Of a stretch of 64,000 nucleotides of DNA, positions 53,731 through 64,000 are shown piece by piece. The position numbers were made by a program, and so were the translations under genes. The number at the start of each line of letters is the position of its first letter. The stretch's first letter is position 1. The stretch spans positions 22,196,001-22,260,000 of the forward strand of contig OZ024761.1 in assembly GCA_964016885.1 (NCBI GenBank), given 5' to 3'. The DNA is from Eledone cirrhosa. Lineage: Eukaryota. Below the pieces are notes generated by a model. The model did no database searches and was not told where the DNA came from. It saw nothing but the letters and a program-made list of their open reading frames with translations.

Positions 53731-54959
53731 AATAAGACCAACCACATCAACCAATTGATGGTGGTAATGGTGGTAGTGGTAGTGGTAGTGGTAGTGGTGG
53801 TAGTGGTAATGGTGGTGGTGGTGGTGGTGGTGGGTGATGGTAGTAATGGTGGTAGTGGTTGTGTTGGTGGTGGTGGTGGTGGTGGTGGTTGTAATGGTGG
53901 TGGTGGTGGTAGTAATGGTGGTGGTGGTGGTAGTAATGGTGATTGTGATGGTGGTGGTGGTGGTGGTGGTGGTGGTGGTGTGGTGGTGGTGGTAGTGTTG
54001 GTGACAGTGGTGGTAGTGGTAGTAACAGTGACACTAATGTCAGCAATAGTAATAAGGAACCTAGTGGTTTATTTTGAAATTATTTGAAATATATTTTTTC
54101 AAACTGTTTCCCTTTTCTTCTATTTTTCTTCTATTTCCTAATTTCCCACAAGACTCCATTTTGTTTTTCTAGGCAAAGAATTAGATTAGAACAATCTAGA
54201 AAGCTATTTCAATAGAAATTAAGTAATTTTATGTTAAATTAGACAGAAATTATTGCATGATTTAACGAGCTCAACGAGGCTTAACAATTACAGAATTGAT
54301 TGGTTTTAGTTTTGTGGCCATTTTTAAATGGTTTTTAAGATTTTTCTTAGAATTTTATTAAAAAGTTTTTTGTTATGTTGTTGCTTTTGAGAGAAATGAG
54401 GGGAGATGAGGAGTGTATATATATTGGATATATATGGAGTAATGTGTGTATATGTGTGTATATGTATACATGTATGTATAATAGATAAATAGATAGTTAT
54501 TTATTTGATTGACAAAAGCATTGTACAGTTCCTCTCTGTCTCTCTCATACAAACATGTGTATGGTGTGTATATATATATATGTGTACGTGTGTATATATA
54601 TATGTGTGTGTGTGTATGTATGTGTCTGTATATATATGTGTATGTGTATATATATATATATGTGTGCATGTGTGTATTTGTATATATGTGAGTATATATA
54701 TATATATGTGTGTGCGTGTGTGTAAATATATATGTGTGTGTGTGAGTGTATATATATATGTGTGTGTATATATATGTGTGTGTGTATATATGTATATATA
54801 TATATATATATATATGTGAGTGTGTGTGTGTAATTATCAATGAAAAATGTCAAGTATAACCTGTGGTGTGAATAGCTGATGAGATGTCAAAGGGTGTTGA
54901 AACCTGTTGTAGTGTTGTAAGGTCAATAGCATGGATAGTGTATGGGGGGGGGGTAGAGA

Positions 54960-55745
54960 GAGAGAGGGGGGAGAGATATGTAGAAAGAGAGAGATATGTA
55001 GAGATAGGAAGAGAGAGAGAGAGAGAGATATGTAGAAAGAGAGAGATATGTAGAGATAGGAAGAGAGAGAGAGAGATATGTAGAAAGAGAGAGATATGTA
55101 GAGATAGGAAGAGAGAGAGAGAGAGATATGTAGAAAGAGAGAGATATGTAGAGATAGGAAGAGAGAGAGAGAGAGAGAGAGATATGTAGAAAGAGAGAGA
55201 TATGCAGAGATAGGAAGAGAGAGAGAGAGAGATATGTAGAAAGAGAGAGATATGTAGAGATAGGAAGAGAGAGAGAGAGAGAGAGAGATATGTAGAAAGA
55301 GAGAGATATGTAGAGATAGGAAGAGAGAGAGAGAGAGAGAGATATGTAGAGAGAGAGGGATATGTAGAGAGAGAGAGAGAGAGAGACAGAGATAGGAAGA
55401 GAGAGAGAGAGAGACAGAGATAGGAAGAGAGAGAGAGAGAGGGATATGTAGAAAGAGAGAGATAGGAAGAGATAGAAGAGAGAGAGAGAGAGAGATATGT
55501 AGAAAGAGAGAGATATGTAGAGATAGGAAGAGAGAGAGAGAGAGAGAGATATGTAGAAAGAGAGAGATATGTAGAGATAGGAAGAGAGAGAGAGAGAGAG
55601 AGATATGTAGAGAGAGAGGGATATGTAGAGAGAGAGAGAGAGACAGAGATAGGAAGAGAGAGAGAGAGACAGAGATAGGAAGAGAGAGAGGGATATGTAG
55701 AAAGAGAGAGATAGGAAGAGATAGGAAGAGAGAGAGAGAGAGACT
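54960..55745. repeat. AG-rich compound minisatellite GATATGTAGAAAGAGAGAGATATGTAGAGATAGGAA(GA)n
   Basis: Direct inspection. Confidence 0.9.
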
Positions 55746-55807
55746 TTATCTTTAGTAGTTTCTAGAAAGATACAGGTTGCCATGGATATCTCACATTACC
55801 AACTCAC

Positions 55808-55846
55808 ATAAACCAGGATACATTTCTTTACAAATTCACTTAGTAC
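55808..55846 (-). other. Candidate 39-nt exon (VLSEFVKKCILVY)
   Basis: C-rich ...CCCCCACCAG acceptor and AT|GTGAGT donor; phase 0/0. Confidence 0.25.
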
Positions 55847-56511
55847 CTGGTGGGGGTGGGGTGGGGGAGGTGGTGGTGGTGATGGTAATGGTAATGGTGG
55901 TGGTGATGGTGGTGTTGATGGTGATGGTGGTGGTGGTGGTGGTGGTAGTGGTGGTGGTGATGATGATGGTAATGGTGATGGTGGTGGTGATATATATATA
56001 TAACACATCTCTGACACTGTAACTCCCTAAACACAAAACAACTGTTACTGGTTCCATACAACTACCATAACACCACCACTACTACTACTACCACCACCAC
56101 CACCACTACCACCCCCCACCATCACCTCCCCCACCACTACCACCACCATCCCTAGTTATATGTTTTCTATGTTTCCCTCTATACCAGACAATACAGCCAC
56201 AGTTGCCCTTTTTAACGACAAGCAAATCAATACTTACTCTTTAGGGGTCAATGAAGAATGGTTTTATTTGATTAGGGGCTGTTTCTAGATCTCTCTCTCT
56301 CTCTCTCACACACACACTAACAGCCATACGTAAACACACATACACACAATCACAAAACAAACACACAAATATATACATGTATATATATATATACAAACAT
56401 GTATATATATACATGTATATATATATATACATGTATATACATATATAAAATAACTGTATAAAACTGAGAATATTACAACCATATCTTCAACACACAAACC
56501 CTAAAACCTCC

Positions 56512-56735
56512 ACACAGAACCCCTACAAATATACACAGAACCCCTACAAATATTCACAGAACCCCTACAAATATACACAGAACCCCTACAAATATTCACA
56601 GAACCCCTACAAATATACACAGAACCCCTACAAATATACACAGAACCCCTACAAATATTCACAGAACCCCTACAAATATTCACAGAACCCCTACAAATAT
56701 TCACAGAACCCCTACAAATATTCACAGAATCCCTA
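56512..56735 (+). repeat. 21-bp minisatellite (A/T)CACAGAACCCCTACAAATAT, about 10 copies
   Basis: Direct inspection. Confidence 0.95.
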
Positions 56736-56830
56736 CGAATTTACACACAATTCCAGGAAAAAACTGAGCCACCAGCAGGCTTCATTGTGATGTTTCACAT
56801 GTCCGCCAGCTAATGCAACCCTCCAACACC

Positions 56831-58186
56831 TTAACCCTTTAGTGTTCAAACTGGCCAAAACCAGCCAGAATTCTCTACCTCTTTCTGTTGAAACTGGCTG
56901 TAACTGGTCGCTCAAACTGAGGTTAGGTATTGTTCTTAAAATAAATACTTTCAAAATCTCATAGATTCGATATTATGTGAGATATTATGTAAGGTAAAGC
57001 CTTTACTGTGAAAATACAATAGTATATATAGAGTAATGTAAATGTTATGTGAGATATTATGTGAGGTAAAGCCTTTACTGTGAAAATACAATAGTATATA
57101 TAGAGTAATGTAAATGTTATGTGAGATATTATGTGAGGTAAAGCCTTTACTGTGAAAATACAATAGTATATATAGAGTAATGTAAATGTTATGTGAGATA
57201 TTATGTGAGGTAAAGCCTTTACTCTATATAAACTATTGTTTTTTCATGGTAAAGGCTTTACCTCACATAATATCTCACATAACATTTACATTACTCTATA
57301 TATACTATTGTATTTTCACAGTAAAGGCTTTACCTCACATAATATCTCACATAACATTTACATTACTCTATATATACTATTGTATTTTCACAGTAAAGGC
57401 TTTACCTCACATAATATCTCACATAATATTTACATTACTCTATATATACTATTGTATTGTCACAGTAAAGGCTTTACCTCACATAATATCTCACATAACA
57501 TTTACATTACTCTATATAAACTATTGTTTTTTCATGGTAATGTAAATGTTATGTGAGATATTATGTGAGGTAAAGCCTTTACTGTGACAATACAATAGTA
57601 TATATAGAGTAATGTAAATATTATGTGAGATATTATGTGAGGTAAAGCCTTTACTGTGAAAATACAATAGTATATATAGAGTAATGTAAATATTATGTGA
57701 GGTAAAGCCTTTACCATGAAAATACAATAGTATATATAGAGTAATGTAAATATTATGTGAGGTAAAGCCTTTACTGTGAAGATACAATAGTATATATAGA
57801 GTAATGTAAATGTTATGTGAGATATTATGTGAGGTAAAGCCTTTACTGTGAAAATACAATAGTATATATAGAGTAATGTAAATGTTATGTGAGATATTAT
57901 GTGAGGTAAAGCCTTTACTGTGAAAATACAATAGTATATATAGAGTAATGTAAATGTTATGTGAGATATTATGTGAGGTAAAGCCTTTACTGTGAAAATA
58001 CAATAGTATATACAGAGCAATGTAAATGTTATGTGAGATATTATGTGAGGTAAAGTCTTTACTGTGAAAATACAATAGTATATATAGAGTAATGTAAATG
58101 TTATGTGAGATATTATGTGAGGTAAAGTCTTTACTGTGAAAATACAATAGTATATATAGAGTAATGTAAATGGTAAATGGTAAAGA
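56831..58186 (-). mobile_element. piggyBac-like MITE with an expanded, partly inverted 72-bp array
   Basis: Left end TTAACCCTTTAG; right end AATGGTAAA(G); the array block 57221-57538 is in the opposite orientation. Confidence 0.75.
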
Positions 58187-58334
58187 GGACAGAAAGCCGT
58201 TGCTGTAAGCTGTAGAGCGACTTATTTCCTACGTGTGTTCTCCAGGATATGTTCGGGACCTTTCACAACACCCTACCATATTTATAAAAAGGGAAGGATT
58301 CATGAGATAAGGATGTCCTAAATGAGAAAGTGAG

Positions 58335-58485
58335 AAATTGGTCAGAATCGTTAGGGCATCAAATTAAAAATGTCTCGTTAGTCATTCTGGCTCACATTAT
58401 TCTGAGTTGAAATTACCCCAGGATCTATTTGCCTTTCATTCTCTCGACATCAATAAAGTACCAGTCATATACTGGGGCTGATTGA
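58335..58485 (+). mobile_element. Diverged SINE family A
   Basis: TTCTGAGTTGAAATT ... TTTGCCTTTCATT ... AATAAAGTACCAG ... ACTGGGG. Confidence 0.7.
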
Positions 58486-59050
58486 TTTTCTCTCTCTCTC
58501 TCTCACTCTTTCTCACACTCTCTCTCTCTCTCACACTCTCTCACTCTCTCACTCTCTCACACACTCTCTCTCTCACTCCTTCTCTCTCTCTCACTCTCAC
58601 ACTCTTTCACTCCTCTCTCACACACTCTCTCTCTCACTCTCACACACTCTCTCACTCACTCTCTCTCTCACTCTCTCTCTCTCACACACTCTCTCTCTCA
58701 CACACTCTCTCACTCTCTCTCACACACTCTCTCTCACACACTCTCTCACAGTAGCAACAACAACAACAACAATACTAACTACAACAGTAGCAACAATAAC
58801 AACAACAACACCTTACAGACCAAAGTTAATATGTCAGGGTCACATCAGTTGTATAGAGATGGGACGTTGGTGTGGGGGGCGGGTAGGGGTGTAGTGGGGG
58901 TGAGGAAGAGGAGGGGATGTTGTGAGGTGGGGAAGGGTGTGTGACGGGGGGGGGGGGGGGCTTTATAATGAGAGGCAGACATTTTTTTATTTTATTTCAT
59001 TAGAAATGTTACTTAACATATTTAGCAAAGGTCACCTAATTATATATACA

Positions 59051-59100
<50 letters not shown>

Positions 59101-59302
59101 TATATGTGTATATATATATATATATATATGTGTATATATATATATACATAAATATATATATATGTGTATATATATATATATATACATAAATATATATATA
59201 TGTGTATATATATATATATACATAAATATATATATATGTATATATATATATATGTGCGTATATATATATATATAAATATACATAAATATATACATATATA
59301 TA

Positions 59303-59344
<42 letters not shown>

Positions 59345-59647
59345 TACATAAATATACATAAATATACATACACACACATATATACAGTTAACAACAACCA
59401 CCACAAAAACAACAACAACAACAACAGCCACCACCACCACCACCACCACCACCACAACAACAACAACAACCACCACAACCACCACCACCACCACAACAAC
59501 CACCACCACCACCACAACCACCACCACCACCACAACAACCACCACCACCACCACCACCACCACAACAACCACCAGTCTCCTGTCAGACATCCTGGCACAG
59601 TAAACAACTTAGTTAACAACAACAACATATATATGTGTGTATATATA

Positions 59648-59698
<51 letters not shown>

Positions 59699-60354
59699 GC
59701 ATGTTAATTATTCTAATGAGAGGCAGCCAGTTTAACCTTCTCTACTGTTTTTCACATATATCATACCTTGTTGTTGTTGTGTCCACCCACATTTAGTCTT
59801 CTCTAGTCATATATATATGTACACATACATACATAGACACACACACACACACATACATACATAGACACATATACACACACACATACATAGACACACACAC
59901 ATACACACACGTACACACATACATACATGTACATACATAGACACACATACATACATACATACATACATAGACACATATACACACATACATACATAGACAC
60001 ACACACATACATAGACACACATACACACATACATACATAGACACACGTACATACACACATAGACACATGTACACACATACATACATACATACATACATTC
60101 ACATACATATATACATACATACACACACATGCACATATATACATACACACACACGCACATATATACATACACACACACGCACATATATACATATATATAT
60201 AACCAAAGATTAATATGGTTCATTGATTACTCAATGAATACAGTTTTACAATAGATTAAAAGCACTCAACAAAGGAATTTTTCTGGAGTTTTTAATATTA
60301 TTCAAAATATATGCCTTATTATATATATTTCGAAGGTACTGTGTTGTGTTTTTC

Positions 60355-60618
60355 AAAAAATACAATAATAAATATAGAGTAATGTAAATGTTATGTGAGA
60401 TATTATGTGAGGTAAAGCCTTTACTGTGAAAATACAATAGTATATATAGAGTAATGTAAATGTTATGTGGGATATTATGTGAGGTAAAGCCTTTACTGTG
60501 AAAATACAATAGTATATATAGAGTAATGTAAATATTATGTGAGATATTATGTGAGGTAAAGCCTTTACTGTGAAAATACAATAGTATATATAGAGTAATG
60601 TAAATGGTAAAGGGTTAA
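60355..60618 (-). mobile_element. piggyBac-like MITE end with 72-bp repeats
   Basis: About 3.5 units ending AAATGGTAAAGGGTTAA. Confidence 0.75.
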
Positions 60619-60639
60619 AAGGTATCATAAGCAATAACC

Positions 60640-60790
60640 TTCCTTCTCCGACTAAATTTCACTTGGTCTACCCCAAGACATTAGTCAACCAAAAGTTATA
60701 GAAGAAGCCACTTGCCCCTAAAATTCCTTACAGTGAGATCAAACCCTGAACCACGTGGGTATGAAGGCAACGTCTTCCCTACAACATCCA
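60640..60790 (-). mobile_element. Old tRNA/CORE-type SINE fragment
   Basis: Minus strand reads GTGGTTCAGGGTTTGATCTCACTG...GGGCAAGTGGCTTCTTCTATA, a B-box-like plus CORE-like segment. Confidence 0.45.
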
Positions 60791-61182
60791 TCTGGTGTTA
60801 CTTAGGTACTAAAACTGTGTTAAATGATGGACTACATCAACCTCTATATGTCAGAACATATGTTGTTTGGAATATCAAACTATGTCAAAGTCAACAATAT
60901 GTTAACACATATTAGACATATGTTATTTATATTGTATATATATATATATATAAATGAAAATATAGAAATTAATGTGAGCAAGAAGCCAACAGTATTTCAT
61001 AATATATAAGGGACTATAATGTCAAAATGGGAAAATATTTAACGTAAGATATGGGAAAATAATTCAAACCCAATTTTTTAAAAAATCAAGACAGCGATTT
61101 TATCCACAGATTTTGTGAAATCCAGGGAAAAAACCAATATATATATATATATATACTCCTTATTTAAAAAATAAATAAATAT

Positions 61183-61357
61183 CATCATCATCATCATTTT
61201 ACGTCCACTTTTCCCTGCTTGCAAGGGTGGAACGGGAACTGATTCTGGCTTGATTTCTACAGCTGGATGTCCTTCTTAACACCAACCTCATTTACAGTGA
61301 GTGCTGGGTGCTTTTTTTGCCGTGGCACCTCCACGACCACTTTGCAGTGGAATGATA
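61183..61357 (-). mobile_element. SINE family B 3' half
   Basis: Reverse complement of 13708-13877. Confidence 0.85.
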
Positions 61358-61566
61358 TGGGTAATGTAAATGTTATGTGAGATATTATGTGAGGTAAAGC
61401 CTTTACTGTGAAAATACAATAGTATATATAGAGTAATGTAAATGTTATGTGAGGTAAAGCCTTTACTGTGAAAATACAATAGTATATATAGAGTAATGTA
61501 AATGTTATGTGAGATATTATGTGAGCTAAAGCCTTTACCATGAAAATACAATAGTATATATAGAGT

Positions 61567-61755
61567 AATAATAATGATAATAATGAAATTATTGTGTACA
61601 GTGCTCAGGTGCACTACAACTCATCAAAGGTGCATGTATAGTACATAGAATAATGTACAAATGTCGGGAAAATAAACAGTGTATGAGTCATGATATAATA
61701 ACAATAACGAAATATTGTGCACAGTGCCCAGGTGCACCACAACTCATCAAAAAAA
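61567..61755 (-). mobile_element. Two tandem CR1 3' UTR ends
   Basis: (AAT)n-GAAATTATTGTGTACAGTGCTCAGGTGCACTACAACTCATC occurs twice (second copy diverged); matches 17770-17825. Confidence 0.85.
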
Positions 61756-61891
61756 ATGTAAATGTTATGTGAGATATTATGTGAGCTAAAGCCTTTACCA
61801 TGAAAATACAATAGTATATATAGAGTAATGTAAATGTTATGGGAGATATTATGTGAGATATTATGTGGTAAAGCTTTTACCATGAAAATAT

Positions 61892-62885
61892 ATGGTTCTA
61901 TAGAAATAGTGGACACCTTCCGTTTCCTGGGTGACAAAATCAGCAGTGGTGGAGGGTGCTCTGAAAGTACAGTAGCTAGAGTCAGAACGGAATGGAAAAA
62001 GTTCAGAGAGCTTATACCACTATTGGCCGCTAAAGGGTTCTCTCTAAAAATGAAAGGCAGGCTGTATGATGCTTGCATACGAACAGCAATGTTACATGGC
62101 AGTGAGACATGGGCATTGTGTGCAGAGGATATACGCAGACTGGAGAGGAACGAAGCTTGCCTGCTCCGCTGGATGTGTAATAGTAATATACGTGAACGGC
62201 AAAGCATAAATGAACTAAGGGAGAAATTAGGAATAAGAGGGATCAGATGTTGTTTACTCGAGAGAAGACTATGTTGGTACGGTCACGTGATGCGCATGAA
62301 AGACGACAGTTGTATGAAAAAAGTGCAGGGCGATAAAAATAGACGGTAACCACGGAGTAGGCAGACCCAGAAAAACATGGGACGACTTGATAAATTCCGA
62401 CTTCACACACTTACACTTCTCCAAGACAATGTCACTGGACCGAGACATTTGGTGCTACACAGTAATACAGAAGACCTGCCTTACCTAAGTACAAAGCGAA
62501 ACCTACAGTCAGTAAGCACCTCTTAACCAAAATACACCCCCGCCCCACTACCCCCACCCCATCCACACCACCCCCTTAAATGTGAAGTTATGTTGGTACC
62601 ACAACATCCAGTTCAAAACAAATGAGGTCGTGTAGGTGTCACGACAAAAAAAAACACACAGTCCACGCTGTAATGTGGCCGTGTGGGTAAGACGGTAAAA
62701 ACCTCCCAGTCCACACTGTAAACGTGGTTGGTGTTAGGAAGGGCATCCAGCCGTAGAAAACCCGCCAGACAGTCCTATACGAGCAAGACAACCACTCTTG
62801 CCTCAAGTGGGAAAACTCCTGTCCAAACTCATGCTAGCGTGGAAGATGGACGTTAAACGATGATGATGATGATGATGATGATGAT
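61892..62885 (+). mobile_element. 5'-truncated RTE LINE (ORF C-terminus, frameshifted end, 3' UTR, (GAT)n)
   Basis: Reads IEIVDTFRFLGD...KGRLYDACIRTAMLHGSETW...LCWYGHVMRM, then GRPRKTWDD in a shifted frame. Confidence 0.92.
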
Positions 62886-62982
62886 ATTTACAGCAATGTA
62901 AATGCTAAAGGGTTAAAATACACTTCTTGGTATTTCCACTCTTATAACTATACAATTATATATATATGTATATGAATGTATA

Positions 62983-63013
<31 letters not shown>

Positions 63014-63016
63014 TTA

Positions 63017-63077
<61 letters not shown>

Positions 63078-63163
63078 TTATATATATATATATATAGTAA
63101 TATTTATACTTTATAATTGTATATAACCCATATATAAATATAATAAGAAAGGGTAGTACTAAG

Positions 63164-63198
<35 letters not shown>

Positions 63199-63464
63199 TG
63201 TATGTATGTATATTATATACACAATTATGAACTTGTTTAACCACAGAATAAAGTATGTTTATAGCTTTACATATATGATTATATGATTGTTCTCGACAAA
63301 CCCTGATGTCAGTAAAGTACAGGACCCCAACAACAACAACAACAGCAATATCAACAGTTCTTTGTCATGGTGATGTGGCATTAATCAGGACATTTACTCA
63401 TTGAACTCTTCTCAATAGCTCAATAATTCAATAGACTGGAATAAAACATTGATAGAATGTGTTG

Positions 63465-64000
63465 GGCTGGAGTGGACTGGACTGGACTGAGGTGGTCTGG
63501 ACTTTAGTGGTCTGGAGTGGACTGGACTGAGGTGGTCTGGAGTTGACTGGACTGGAGTGGACTGGACTGAGGTGGTCTGGAGTGGACTGGACTGAGGTGG
63601 TCTGGAGTGGACTGGACTGAGGTGGTCTGGAGTGGACTGGACTGAGGTGGTCTGGAGTTGACTGGACTGAGGTGGTCTGGAGTGGACTGGACTGAGGTGG
63701 TCTGGAGTGGACTGGACTGAGGTGGTCTGGAGTGGACTGGACTGAGGTGGTCTGGAGTGGACTGGACTGAGGTGGTCTGGAGTTGACTGGACTGAGGTGG
63801 TCTGGAGTGGACTGGACTGAGGTGGTCTGGAGTGGACTGGACTGAGGTGGTCTGGAGTGGACTGGACTGAGGTGGTCTGGAGTGGACTGGACTGAGGTGG
63901 TCTGGAGTTGACTGGACTGAGGTGGTCTGGAGTTGACTGGACTGAGGTGGTCTGGAGTGGACTGGACTGAGGTGGTCTGGAGTGGACTGGACTGAGGTGG
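63465..64000 (+). repeat. 25-bp minisatellite built from 5-mers (GGACTGGACTGAGGTGGTCTGGAGT); runs off the window
   Basis: Direct inspection. Confidence 0.95.

Larger units (their letters stand above)
61361..62916 (-). mobile_element. piggyBac-like MITE 72-bp array interrupted by nested LINEs
   Basis: Array segments at 61361-61567 and 61756-61890; terminus AATGTAAATGCTAAAGGGTTAA at 62895-62916. Confidence 0.65.

Noticed and set aside
54871-54915. CTGATGA...GAAAC hammerhead-like match
   Set aside because: Stem II is almost all G-U pairs, and stem I cannot form after a valid NUH.
56951-58147. ORFs with FHSKGFTSHNISHN repeats
   Set aside because: Translations of the 72-bp MITE repeat.
54861-59801. 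Extra possible micro-exons at about 54861-54904 and 59767-59802 (minus)
   Set aside because: The acceptors lack pyrimidine tracts; not distinguishable from chance.

Overview
Eukaryotic, extremely repeat-rich non-coding DNA. The SINE/LINE repertoire and microsatellite load suggest an octopus or other cephalopod, which is an inference from recalled repeat families. No host gene is identified with confidence. Nearly all ORFs in the supplied track are microsatellite artefacts; the only long real ORF is a 5'-truncated CR1-type LINE reverse transcriptase (17879-19516, minus). Also present are RTE, Tx1-like and CRE-like LINE fragments, tRNA-derived SINEs, TTAA-flanked piggyBac-like MITEs with 72-bp internal arrays, a decayed mariner, and many mini- and microsatellites. 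Best leads: (1) minimal type-I hammerhead ribozyme motifs, three with intact cores, in (TA)n-flanked Penelope-like remnants that often end in fold-back hairpins; (2) a 5.8-kb 41-bp satellite grown from the SPDLAPSD catalytic motif of a mariner transposase, plus three more TE-born minisatellites; (3) Tx1-like LINE ends always embedded in (ATCT)n; (4) a near-perfect 2.3-kb inverted duplication; (5) a recursive-splice-site-like AG|GTAAGT and a few candidate small exons on the minus strand. Coordinates were read by eye and may be off by a few bases at repeat edges.
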